The position numbers and the translations under genes are program-made. A model generated the notes under the pieces. That model made no database searches. It was not told the DNA's origin and saw only the letters and a program-made list of their open reading frames with translations. Below, piece after piece: positions 26,226 through 38,860 of a DNA stretch of 64,000 bases. Origin of the DNA: Camelus dromedarius. Lineage: Eukaryota. The stretch's first letter is position 1, and every line of letters begins with the position of its first letter. The stretch covers positions 59,150,001 through 59,214,000 of the forward strand of contig NC_087437.1 of assembly GCF_036321535.1 (NCBI RefSeq). Direction: 5' to 3'.

Positions 26226-27950
26226 TTCATTCATTCACTAGACTGAAGCTCACTGAGAAGGGGACACAGCAGTGAACAAAACTGACAAAACATCCTGCCT
26301 CCAAGGAGCTTAAGTTCTAGCGAATGGACAAGGACCAATAAGGAAGGGAAATACAGTGTGTTAAATAGTGGAGAGTTAGCGGGAGCTATCATGCTGGTGG
26401 GGAAGAGTATCGAATAACAGCGTTCAGAATTGCCACTGCATGGTGCTAATAAAAAACAGACCAACTTAGTACATTTCGAGGTTATCTTTAAATTTTCTAC
26501 AGATAATGCATCTTCTTATTACCTGGACCCAGTACAGGTTCCCCATCCCCACCACTGAATTGGTATGCCACTGAATTAAAGAGTGGTAAGTGCAATGGAG
26601 AAAATAGAGCAGAGATGCGGGGCAGGGAGTGGGAGTGGGATAGGCTGCAATTTTAAATAGGGTGATCAGGGAAGGCCTTACTCAAGTGACATCTGAGTAA
26701 GGATCCTGGAGGGAAGGAGTTCCAAGCAGAAGAAACAGTAAGTGCAAAGGTCCTGAGGTAGGAGAGAGTGAGCAAGGGGGAGAGAGTAGTAGGAGATAGA
26801 GAGGTAATGGAAGGAGAGACCATATAGGGTTCTACAGGCCTTTGGGATGAATGTGGCTGACACTCTAAGTGAGATGGGAAGGAAGAGACATGATCTAACC
26901 TTTTTTAAAGGATTCCTCTGGAAGCTTTGTGCAGAATAGACTGAATGCAGGGAATGCAGGGAGGGGCATTACTGGGAAGGGTCAAAGCAGGAAGAACCAG
27001 TTAGGGGCCCTTTGGAATGCTCTAGCCAAGAGATAATGGTACGTTGTACCAAAGTAATAGCAATAAAGGTGATGAGAAGTGTCAAATTTTGAAGGTAGAG
27101 CTCGCAGGATTTGGTGACACAATCCACGTGAGATGTGAGCCTAAAAGAAGAACCAAAGAGAACTTACCATTAGCTAAGCCGGGGAACACTGCAGGCCAGG
27201 GGGGATTTGTGTGGGGCAGGGAGGGGAGTGGGGGGCAAGCAGGAGCTCAGTTCTGGAAGAGATTTGTGTTAGCTGCCAAGCAGGGATGCTAACAGGCCAT
27301 GAGTTCAGAGGCTACATAACCCTAGGAGTCCATGCATGAGTCTCATTGAAAGCCACAAGCCTAGATGAGCGATGATGGATAGCGGAGAGCTGCGGGTCTG
27401 AGCCCTGATGCTCTCCTTGTACTTCCTATGTCAGGAAGACAAAGCGAAGCAAAGTGAGGACATTGGAGACCCTGACAGAGCAGTTTTGAGAGTGGCCATC
27501 TGACTGGAGTAGATGCAAGGGAGTGTGGGAGGGGAGGATGTGGCGATGACAGGTACGGACAACTATCTGAAGAGTTTAGCTGTAAAGAGGAGAGCTCTGG
27601 GACCATTTTTCTGGGAGAGGAAGCAGGGTCAAGAGAGGGTATATTTAGATGGGGGAAATGACCACGTGGCCGAATGCTGTTAAGAGAGACCCTGTAGAGA
27701 GGGAAAGGTTGGCAGCCCGAGACAGAGAGAGAGAAAGGAGGGAGACACTGGAGCGGTGTCCGTGAGGATTCAGGCAGGCGTAGGATGGTTCATGCACATG
27801 GAGGGGTTGGCCTTGGCCAGATGTGTAAAGTTCATCATAGTAACAGGACGGAGACAGAGGCAAGGGCATAGACGCAGGCTCAGGGTGGGACGGGGCAACG
27901 TGGAAACACAGATAGCTTCTGATTGCTTTTGTCTTCTCTACAGTGAAGTA
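26226..27950 (-). mobile_element. Fragmented L2 LINE
   Basis: ttcattcattca tail, gaacaaaactgacaaaacatcctgcc..ggagcttaagttctag, gtgatcagggaaggcct...gtgacatctgag, ttttgaaggtagagc..caggatttggtga. Confidence 0.75.
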
Positions 27951-27969
27951 GAGAAAGAGGCTAGGAAGT

Positions 27970-28100
27970 GGGACCTTAAGTTCCTGACGGCAGGAACCTG
28001 GCCTTTTGTCACTGTCAGTCCCATGGTGCTCGCACAGTGTTGGACATAGGCAAGATGTTCAAAAAGCACTTATTGGAGGATGAATGATTGAATAATTGAA
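27970..28100 (+). mobile_element. L2 3' end remnant
   Basis: taagttcctgacggcaggaacc...cacagtg...catagg...gaatgattgaat tail. Confidence 0.6.
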
Positions 28101-28959
28101 TGTTCAAACAGGCAAATTATCAAAGGACCTGAAGCTTGTTAGCCTTCTCCTAAATTCTCCAGCCAGATGCCTGGTGCCATTCTAATGAACACACCTGTAT
28201 CCACAGCAGTCAAATCCCAAGGCTGCCTTGGCCACCTGATGTGACCTCAGGCAAATCTCTTCCCTGCCCCACCTTCTCTTGACAGCAAGAGAAGTTTAAA
28301 CTGTTTGCATCTTCTGGTCCAAGGCAGAGCTGTGGGGCTGTGGAGGAGAGGGTCCTGGGATGGGACAGGACAGGTATCCTGCAGTGTCCTTCAAGTCTGA
28401 GGGTCTGGGTCTTCATCCAAGGATCACACAGCCTGGAACCCATGGGCAGGGAGTTCCCTGCCACACTGCACTCAGCCAAAACCACAAACTCCACACAATC
28501 CTGCCCAGCGCTCTCCAACACAGAATCTCATATGCATCCCTGTCAGGTAGTCAGTCAGCAGCTTCTGGGTGACCTGTGAGTTTAAAAGCAAATTGCCAGA
28601 GAAGCCTTTGTCCCCAAATGTCTGTAAAGGCTTGTATGTCTACATCACCTTGTCTAGCCTTTCCTTGCGTGCTGGATTCCAGCCCAGAGTGTTAGGGAGG
28701 AGTGGGCTGGAGAGGGGTTGGTCCCATCAACTCTAAAAAACATGTGACACCCTGGCCTGGTGTCTGGTACCAGTGCTGGGAACTCACTTCCTCTCCCTCA
28801 TTCGGAGCTGCCCTTGGAAACCTCTGCAGAAGGGTGACAGTCTTTATGGAAGATCCTTTGCCCCCAGGGCACTAGGAGAGCAGCTGACAGCCCAGGGACT
28901 GGAACCTTAATTCCTTCCCTATCAGGCTTGAGAGCAGGCTTGACACGGGGAGGGGGAAA

Positions 28960-29090
28960 AATTCACATGATTAGTCGGCAAATATTTACTAAGAACCTAC
29001 TGTGTGCCAGGCATCATTCTGGATGCTTAGGGTATGTGAGGGACAAAACCAACAAATTCCACGCCTGTGGAGCATGAGTCCCAGTGAGGG
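28960..29090 (-). mobile_element. L2 3' end remnant
   Basis: caaatatttactaagaacctactgtgtgccaggcatcattctggatgc. Confidence 0.65.
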
Positions 29091-30329
29091 ATAGGTCAGG
29101 GCTCAGGCAGGGCCATCCCATTAGGAAACTAGCTTCCCTTCCAGCCCAGTTCCCGCTGGGCAATTGGCTTCCTCCCCACTCTGCTCAAAGAGCCAGTGGC
29201 AGCTTTGGGTCCTTTCAGAGCTCTGTTCCCTGACATAGGCCCAGAGGTCTCCACCCGGGGAAGTGCACCACCGGATCTGCTGAGGACGGCAGCTGGTCCC
29301 ATCTCCCTGGAGAGACTAGAAACCACTCAGCAGTATGGGGAGCTCAGAGCAGCCGCCGTTGGAGGCCAGTGGGGGTCAGCTCCCTGCCACCTGCTTCCTG
29401 CCTCCAAAGCCACAAGGGAAATACCACCTTCTGGAGAGGTGAAACCTGTGCCCCAGATCAGCTGCCCACTTCAACAGGAAAACCCGCTTTCTAAGAAGCA
29501 GTCTCCCTCGTCTCTTACTGTTTTCCTGGCAAGTAAAAGCAGCCCGAACACCTGCAGACAGCATTGAGACGGGGTGGAGGAAAGTCAACGCTCCGTACTT
29601 TTCAAACACCCTCCACCTCTTTAAATCCGCGGAAGCTTCCCAAATAAGACATTTTTAGAGGGGGAAAAAACCCTCAGGTCTACCACTGTTTGCAAACACC
29701 AAACAACTTAAGGTTTATCTTCTCCCTGTCTGGGGCAATAAAAAGAGACATCCGTCTCCTTTAAGGAGCTTGTAAAAAACATAACGCAGCCGCGCAAGCT
29801 TGTTTGAGGATAAGCCCCCTTCCGTGGGGCCACACTCCCCGTGCTGGTGAGGGAGGTACAAGGTTCAAGGGCGGGTCTCCACCTCTGGGGTGGGCTATTG
29901 GCTCCACCAACTCCTAATCAGCAAACTAAACAAGACAGATTTTCCAAAATCGCTATAAGGAAACACTGCCCCCACCCCCTTTTTTTTTCAGTCTCAGAGC
30001 ATGTAAAATAAAAGTCTTTGTAGTGAACTATGGAGGGAGAGTTCCAGGCCAACACAAGACACCCCACAGTATCATAACATTTCTGAAGCTTAAAAAAAAT
30101 CAGAATACAGAGACATCTGCATGAGATGATTCTTCCCATGCAATATTATTTTCTAGATCAATGGTTTTCAAATAAGGGAGGGAAGGGGGACGAGGTCATC
30201 ATCCTTTAAGGGATTCTTTCAAACTATGTGCACCACCTCGACCCCAGTTCCACAGTTCCAGAGACCCGGCGCACACCCCAGGGGAGCCTCCCTGACCAAC
30301 AATCATGGTCTCAGTGAGTCAGCCTTCCT

Positions 30330-30510
30330 CAGTGGCCTTGAAACACGAGTGGTAGCAGAATCAGCTGGAGGGCTTGGGAAGACCCAACCACTGGGCCAAC
30401 CCCCGGAGTTTCTGATTCAGTTGCTCTGAGGTGGAGTCAAGCACGTGCATTTCTAACAAGTTCACAGGTGAGGCCACAGCTGCCCACCCAGGCCACACTG
30501 AACACTCTGG
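30330..30510. mobile_element. MER5A-like hAT-Charlie MITE
   Basis: cagaatcagctggagggcttg...gagtttctgattcag...tgcatttctaacaagttcacaggtga. Confidence 0.75.
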
Positions 30511-33500
30511 GTGTTTCCAGGCAGAAAATGGTCAAGAACAACTGGTTTTGAAAAGAAACCATGTGCTGTTTCTTGCAAAGGAACAGGACCAAACTTCCCT
30601 GTCTCTCTTGTGTGACAACACAATAAAATACTGGGGGGCTGTGGCTTTGAGACATGCACGTGACCAAGACGACCTCCGTCCATGCCAGCGGCTCCCCCAG
30701 CCTCAGTGGGGCTGAAACACAGCCGCGAGTCACCAGCTGCTCTTTCAGGAGCACAGGGTGTGGGACCCATCCCTCCGTGGGCCAGGAAGCTTGGCCTGCC
30801 CTGCGGCTGGTCAGGGGCCTCTTAGGGATGGGTCTCAGGCTGCAGGGTCGCCTGGAGAGAGCGTAAGAGGGACCCAAGCTGCCCAGGGCGGTAGCAGCTT
30901 TCTGTTCTTCTAATTCAGAAGGGACTTTGTGGCAACAAAACTTGGAGCTTTTAAGCCAAAGCCATGCCATTACTCCAAGCCTCAGTAATAGTCATGATCA
31001 TAATAGAGCAATGAAACTGGCCGTGGTTCCAGAGAAGGAAAGCCAGTCTGGAAAAAGAAGAATTTTATAATTTACTTTTATTTCCTATTATGTTCTCATC
31101 ACATATGAGATCACATCACCTCATAATTGTATGTGGGGGAGTGGTTAACAGAAGGATTTCTCCACCTTCTCCAGGGCAGGGAATCTGTCATCACATCCAA
31201 AGCCTAGCACAGTGCCTGGAACACACTAGGTCCTCAGCTAAGGATAAATGAAGAAATCCTCTAAATTTTCTAAAGTCAATGCCTCTCAAAGGGGAAAAAA
31301 TACCATCAAAGGACAGGGCTGTGGGGGTCCAGGAGCAGTGTTCAGCTCAGGGGAGCTCAATTCGGTCCAAGGAGGAATCCTGCAGCCACGGAGCTAAGAC
31401 TCCTCCCCCGATGCTGTCGCCTTGCCTGGCTCTGTCCTGAGTATTTAGTTGGGGTAATTAAGGCTGTCGCCCACAGTCTGTCCACCCTGAACCTTCAGAA
31501 GCCATCCTCTTGTTCTTCCAAAGAGTTAATCATCTTCAGACCTTGCAAAGATTCTATTTTGGGGCCAGTCATCAAGGTTATCAGAATCAACTGCTGACAG
31601 ACAGAGGCGCTGACTGCAGGCTGCTGAGTCTTCTCTGGGGTGGGGTGTGCTCTGGGTGCGGGAGGAGGTAGGACAGGGGAAGGGCTTGTGTCCACACCCA
31701 CTCAAACACCTACGCGCCCACAGGCACCAACACCAGACACAGGCAGTAGCTGATTTAACCAGATGATTCATTTTCTGCTCACTGGTGGGGGATGTGAGGG
31801 GAAGGGGTTGGCCATGTGCAGAGTTAATGATTCCCCTGAGATGTATTCTGACCTACACCTTTGGTAGCTGGCTGTTCTTTTTTTGCTACAGATCCAACCC
31901 AAAGTGCCCTTAAGTAGGAAATGCATGATGTACAGGCCAGATGATTTTATTAGTCCTCTTACAATTCCCTACACTCCACTGTACCCCCTAAGATTGCCTC
32001 AAACTACCCAGGTATCACAGAGCTGCCCTAAATGTTGGTTAAGGCCACAATAGAAAATATCCTTGTGCGAACTCCTTCTGCATTTAGCATAAAACTGCTT
32101 TTGACACACTGGCCCGTTGCCTCACTCTGCTGGAGTCCCTGAAAAATTTCTCTGAGAGCTCAAAAACAAGATAAATTTTATCTCCCCTAAGGAACCAAAA
32201 TACCTACTTCTCCCCTTTTTTTCTTGGCCACTAGGGACCTCAGGGTTAAATTTAATAATAGTTAAGTTTTGTATATTTACTTCCCTTCTCCTTCCTGGGG
32301 TCCTGAAAGTAGGATGACGATTTTAGTCACCTTACTGAATGTATGTTCCTTGTTGAAAGCACTCAATTTTTTAATTTTTAATTTTTGGCAAAACACAAGG
32401 TATCAATGACCTTAGCATCAAACAGATAAATGCAGGATCCTACACGACGAGAGGGAAACAGCTGCATAAATAATAATGATTTCCCATAAACAAAAATTCC
32501 TGAAAATGATCAAGCGGTCATAGTGGGGCACAAGATGCAACAAGAGTCCTGTGCAAGGGGGAAGCTGGGCTAAGAGCCTGGGTACTTGGGTGTATGTCTA
32601 AACTGTGAGGGCTCTTCCTTCTCCAGGATGCTATTGTACTTCAATCCTCCATGACGCTTGAAGCTTGGAGTTTTTTGTCTCACAGGGGCCCCTGGAGAAG
32701 ATAATGGTCTTACTAAGGCTTGCAGGAAGAGGCTGTGCCTTGCCTAACTGCAATCTTTCTGCATGGGAGAGGTCATCTAATAAACAACCCTTAGACACCT
32801 ACTGTTTTCAGAATCCTGCCCCAGGTCCTGGGAAAGGGAGCATCTGGAGGAAAAAGAACAGAGCATGGGCCATTTCCCTCAAGGTTTTCTCCCACTCGTG
32901 GTCAACATGACAGAAGGATCTGGAATTAGGTTCCCCAGCAGCACAAGGGATCTGGATTGGGAAGGCAGAGTGTTTCTTGCCGATCAGGCCAGTCAGCCCC
33001 TGAGTGGGTGTCCAAGCAGGCTTCAGATTCTCCTGTTCTCTGAGGCTTTTAGAAAATTTTCCTCCAACTGGACTACTGAGAGTGGGGTCTCGTCTGCACC
33101 CTCGGGACTCCTGTTTGCAAAGCCCACATCACACTAAGGCCCAGCCTCTGGAGCACTTTTCAAGCTCCCAGAAGCTGGCGTGAAGCACCACGACGCTGTC
33201 TGGTCCTTACTCCCCCTTCTAATCCGCCGCAGCCGTCGCTCCTGGAGCTGCCGTGTTGGGGGTTCTGGCACCAGTGGCTGCGTGAGCCATGCTGGCCCCT
33301 TTCCCTGACGTTTTTAAAATATAAAATTTAAAATGTGACTTGGAGATGAAAGCAAGAATGCCGAAAGGAGGCCGATGCTTTCTTGTGTTCAATTACAGCC
33401 CTGGGGAGTACCCCACACAAGGAACTGCTCAGAGCTCCAGCCAAGATGAAATCTGCTTTTCCAATAAGCACTTCAAACAGCAGAGGATGTTTTTGGCTGG

Positions 33501-33852
33501 ATTCAGCAACTGGGAAGCCAACAGTTAATCGGGCTGGGCACTGAGGCAGGGCTCCCCGCCATCAGGGGAATCTGAAGCCGCCTTCCACCGCAGCTTTCAC
33601 TGCAACTGAAGTTATGAGGCACTGGTCTGGCTCTCCCATGAACTCCACCTTTGGACCTCATTGAAGAGTTCTTCTAAGATGACAGATTTCACTATCCCAG
33701 TTAATTACTCTCCATATAATTTTTCTTCATTGTTTGTTCAGGCCTAATTCCTTTACTTTACAGTAAGTTCTAGGACTTTGTAGATTTGAACATGGGCCAC
33801 ACCAGAGATGTTGATAAATAATGAAATGAGGATACTGATGGTTGTGGTGATA

Positions 33853-34015
33853 GTGGATGGATGGATGGGTGGATGGGTGGATGGATGGATAGATGGGTGG
33901 GTGGATGGGAGGGTAGGTGGATGGGTGGATGGATGGATAGATGGGTGGGTGGATGGGAGGGTAGGTGGATGGATGGATGGATGGATGGATGGGGTGGGTA
34001 GATGCATAGATGGAT
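33853..34015. repeat. (TGGA)n-type microsatellite containing a 48-bp tandem duplication
   Basis: Run of ggat/gggt units; the unit at 33871-33918 is repeated at 33919-33966. Confidence 0.95.
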
Positions 34016-34760
34016 ACACAGATTGCCTGGCTGGTAGCTCAGGTGAAGGCAGCATTGAGATATAAGTAGCGGAAACTTTAGTAGATCCATTTCACAAACC
34101 TAGAAGTTGAAGTTCTTCAAAGCAAATGGTTTGCTCAAGCTCACCACAGTTGACTGTGATCTAGAACCCAAGTCTTCTGAGCCATGCTCCTTCTCATGAC
34201 ACCAGCCTGTTGCTTCAATAACCTGGACTCCACCTTGACTGGACACCATCAGCATCCTACCCTGCACTGATAGATCCTTCCAGACCCAGCCACGACCACG
34301 AGGGCATTTTGTGTATTTTGGCTAGTAAGTATTAGCCAATTATCAAGTCACAAAGGGAATCGTCTTCAGGACCCTGGATTCCAGCTTCATTCTTGAACTC
34401 CTAGTCACACCTAGATTCGGGCAAATATTCCCTGACCTGTTAGGTAAGTCTTTTGCCTGGAGAAGAAGCACCAGGGCACAGAACAGGGATTTCCAAATTT
34501 AAGTGTGTATGAAAGACTTGTGAAAAATGCATATTCCCAGACCCCATTCCCAGAGGTTCTGAATGCGTGGGTCTGAAGTGGGCACAGGAAGTGCAGGCTC
34601 AACAGCAAAACATTTATCTCGTTGAAGCCCTGGTACTTTCTTGGTAAGGCCTCTCCTGACCATTATATTGAAAATCACAACCCACACACCACGTCCCCAC
34701 TTCTCATCCCCCATCCCACTCTCCTTTTCCTCACATTACCATCACCGTCTAGTACACCAT

Positions 34761-35110
34761 TGCTATGTTTGTATCCCCCCTAAGTGAAGTCCTAACCCCT
34801 GGTGCGATGGCATTTAGAGGCAGGGCCTTTAGGAGATCACTAGGTATAGATGAGGTCATGAGGGTGGAGCCCACATGATGGGATTAGTGCCCTTGTAAGA
34901 ACAGGAAGAGATCAGAGCTCTCTCTCCACGTGTGAGGACACAGCAAGAAGGTGGCCATCTGCAAACCATAAAGAGAGCCCTCACCAGACACCAAATCTGC
35001 TGGCACCTATGTCTTGGACTTTGCAGCCTCCAGAAGAGTGAGAAATAGATGTCTGTTTAAGCCATCCCGTCTATGGTATTTTATTATAGCATCCCAGGCT
35101 GGCTAAGACA
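34761..35110 (+). mobile_element. MLT1A-type MaLR solo LTR inserted into an L2 remnant (L2 at about 34620-34760 and 35111-35260)
   Basis: TG...CA ends (tgctatg / ctaagaca) and diagnostic gatgaggtcatgagggtggagccc, tgtgaggacacagcaagaaggtggccatctgcaa, cttggactt..cagcctccagaa. Confidence 0.88.
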
Positions 35111-37869
35111 ACTGTATGATTGCCTTGTTTCTCATACTTGTTTGGTCTCCCCAGTCACGGAAGCTCCATGAAGGCAGGACCTGCCTTGTCCACTGCTGAC
35201 TCTCATGAGCCTGGAACAGCCTGGGATGGTAATATCTGTTTAAAAGGACAGACTTAATGAGGAAGAGGTTTTAATGCAGGGGGCCCAGGGTGTACTCTTG
35301 GAGGAAGAGCATGAGTGTTGATATTAGCCCACCGAGAGTTTGGATCCCAACTCACTCGCTTCTGTATGACTTCAGACACGTTAGGCCCCTGAGCAACAGC
35401 TTTGTCATCTGTGAACAGGAGGCGATACCTCCACCCTAGGGTCTAGCACAGACCTGGCACCGAGCACTGCGCCACCAGCGTAATTCTTTCCTCCTTCCTC
35501 ATCTTCTGGGTAGAATTTTATATTCTATGGCCTCTGAGCAGAAAATGTGCCTGAAGCCTCCCAGGTTCAGGGAGAAGTGCATTCTGTTTCTCATCAGGTG
35601 GAGAGAGGCAGGGAGGAGGAATTAACGGAGGCCACTCGTCAGGGCGAGTGGGTCAGGCATCCCTGCTGGCTCCCTCTGCAGCTCAGAGGACACACGTTCA
35701 CTTCCCACTGTCCCTCCATCCTTTCCCACCAGCAGGAATGTACAAGCGCTCTCTGAGTAAACAGACAATAAATCACTCGCTGGGATCACACCCCCATCAA
35801 AGCAGCATCATTCAAGACCTCAGGCAGAGAGAGCACGTGTTTGGAGACTGCAGTGTGGAAGCAAGTATTCCTGGCAAAACAGCACAGGCAGCTTCCCTGG
35901 GGCCCTTGGAGTAAGTCCCACTGACCCTGCCAGCCCCACCTGGAGGGACTTAAACCAGAGTATGGGAGATTTGGGCCAGAGGGGAACAGGATTTCCTGAC
36001 AGTGATCCTGGACTAGGTGACTGACGTTTTAGAATTTTTTCTCGCTGGGTTTTATGAAGCTGATAGGAATTGGAGGCAGAAACAGAAAACAGGAAATGTC
36101 TACACACATACACACACACAGATACACATTACACAACCCAGGGAGAGGGAAAGAGGCAGCCCCTGTAGAGTGGGGTCAGAGCCTCCATCTACATGGAAAA
36201 CAGGAGTCCGTAGCCTGTGTCCCAGCTCCACTCTGCTGCTGGGACCTCGGGCCCGTCCCTCTCCTGCCCTGCCCTAGTTTCTTACCCACAAGACAAGAGC
36301 ACGAATCTCCCTAGTCCTCCTCAAGCTGCTGTTTCATGAGTCCCTGATTTCCAGCTGGGCTTGGGCCAGACGCGCTGCCGCTGCCGAGGCAGAAGGGAAA
36401 CTGGCCCGAACGCACGGCTGCCTGGTTCCCCTTGGCCGCCCTCTACCCCACCCCCTGGCTGAGAGGCTGAGATTCAATTCAAGGCTCAGACCTTTACTTT
36501 CAGAGGCTACGCTGGAAGGTGCAGAGTCTGTACTGACCTCCCACACCTCTTCCCTGGCCATCTGTCCCCTGTAGGGGCTGGAACCTGGCAGGTGAAATCC
36601 CCTCTGAGCCCTCGGGTGGCTCTTTCTAGACAGAATCCCCCTTGGGTCTGCTGTCCCTAGGGTCAGGCTGAGCCCTGGAAGGACATCTGCCTCTGGCCAA
36701 GGGTCACTCATCTGGATTCAAGGCGAGACTAGTATCCTTCAAATTAAACCAAACCGGCTCCCTTTGGAACCCAGCCATCACCCTTTCAGCACTGCCTAAT
36801 AGTGTCCAACCCCACACCTGGTAGAAGTTCTGAGCGGCCCTGGTAGGGGCTTCTGAGGAATTAGCTTGAGAAGGGATCTGCTGAGAACCAGCTGTGTGAC
36901 CCTGAGCAAGTCCCTTCCCCTCTCTGGGCCTCAGTTTCCCCATCAGGGCTGGCCTGGCTCCCTGCCACCTGCCCAGTGTGGAGGGTCTGTATCCCTCTGC
37001 AATAAATATCCCAGCAGCCTCTCCCCGTCCTGGGGCTGCAGGGAGTGTCCACCTCACTGACTGGTCATGGGGGCAGGGGTGCCAAATGGAAGAAACCAGA
37101 AACAGGCACTCGAGGTCAAGGTTAGAGCCTGCCTCCGGCTTCCCAGCGTTACCTCCTCTTAGAATTGCATGTTGTCAAAGCCAGAAGGGTCATCAGGCAT
37201 CATCCAGACCAGAGGTGTTCAAGCTGCTTTTACCCACAAAGCCTTTCTCCGGATGAAATCTCACGCAGGGGCCCAGAAGATCAAACACGGGGGAGGGGAG
37301 CAATAGCAGGGGTGAAATGGAGCATTTATAACAAAGGCATCGCTAATGGAGCGTTTATGATAAAGGCAGCTCTGACATCCTGGCTGGGAAAAGCTACTCC
37401 AGGGACGTCCTCAGCCAGTGCGGAAAGCTAGACAGGAGAGCATCACTGTACCTGACTGGGCTCTCTCCTGCAGAATAAACCCCCATCCCTGCTTAAAGGA
37501 AGAATTTTTTACAATTAAACTCGCATCAACAACCAGAACTCACCTTACTCCTCCCCACAACATAGACAACGGTTCCTTACAAATAGCACTGCCTTATCTG
37601 TCGTATTAATCCGAGGCAATCTCTGGCCCCATCTCTTCCACTCCTGCGTAGAAAAACATAACAGCTTGAAATATCTGATCCACACAACTCAGATAAGAGA
37701 GAAAAGGCGCAGGCGACAGGGCAGGGTAGAGCCAGGGAGAAGTCAGGAGAAAGAAAAGTAAAAGAGTTGGTTCCTGCAGCTGACCTGGCAGATCTGAGGA
37801 TGCAGTCCTGGGGGACTCGGGACTGAGAGATACCCCAGACCCCTAAGGTTCCTGACAAGGCTGGGGAGG

Positions 37870-38310
37870 GGCACGGCGCTGCTGCAGGAAGATAGGAAAG
37901 GGTACTGGTGCCCCCAGTCCAGTGGAAATGGAGAGGGGCTCCCGCGTCACGGGAGTAGCGCGAACAAAGTCTCGGTAATTAAGGTGAGCCTGGTGTCCTG
38001 CCTGGAGGAGGTGGGCGGCAGGGCTGGCCGGGTGAAGCAACCTGTGCCAAGCGGCTGCAACAGCCGCATCTCCTCAGCACCGAGCACATCACTGACGTCA
38101 AGCGCAATGGGGCCTCGGCCAGCACTAACTAGGTACAGATGCTCGGGTAAGGGACGCCTGGGCCAGCAGCCGCTCCCGCAGGCGCCGGCCCCACAGCCCC
38201 GGAGCTGCTCCAGCCGCGGGCGGGGAAGAGTCTGAGCCGCCAGCCGGCCGGCCTCCCAGGCGGCGCAACAGCGCACCCTAGTGGCCATGGCTCGGAGAGA
38301 GCGTCCAGAA
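37870..38310. promoter_or_regulatory. CpG-enriched GC-rich patch (candidate promoter or enhancer)
   Basis: Retained CpGs, GC box gggcgggg near 38218, palindromic CRE tgacgtca at 38093-38100, homeodomain site taatta near 37976. Confidence 0.55.
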
Positions 38311-38374
38311 GCCCCGCAGGACTAGGTGTGGGGCCTGACACCTTTGATACAGTCTTAACACTCGTGGAGATCAC

Positions 38375-38860
38375 AGTACAGTCACTTGGGGAGCTTTTAA
38401 AAAATCCCATTGCCCAGGCGGCACCCCATCTCAATTAAATAGAATCCCTGGGAACGGGACCCGGGTGCCAGTAGGTTTTAGAACCCTAGAGTTGTTTCCT
38501 ATGTATGGCCGAGTTCAGAACCAGTTCCCTTAAAGCGGTGGTTCTCACTCAGTGGCTTGGGCGTGCATCAGAATTACCTGCAAGGCTGTTAAAACACGGA
38601 CTGCCGGGCGCCACCCTGGAGCTTCTGTCTGTGGTGGGACCTCGTTAGCTCCAGCAAGTTCCCAGGACCCACCTCGAGAACCTGGGCTAAACGATCACTC
38701 AGAGAGTGGGCCAGGCACCACAGCATTGGTATCACCTGGGAGCTTGTTAGAAACACAGATTGGAGGCCCCACCCGGGACCCACTGAATCAGAATCTACAT
38801 TTTATCTAGATACAGGCGATTGGTATGACATTAGGGTTTGTAAGTGCTGCTTCTAAACAC
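38375..38860. mobile_element. Cluster of MER5-family hAT MITE remnants
   Basis: gcggtggttctca..catcagaattacctg..ttaaaaca; atcacctgggagcttgttagaaacacagat...ggacccactgaatcagaatctacatttt. Confidence 0.75.

Noticed and set aside
33753..34090. ORFs with PSIH/GWVD repeats
   Set aside because: Translations of the TGGA microsatellite.
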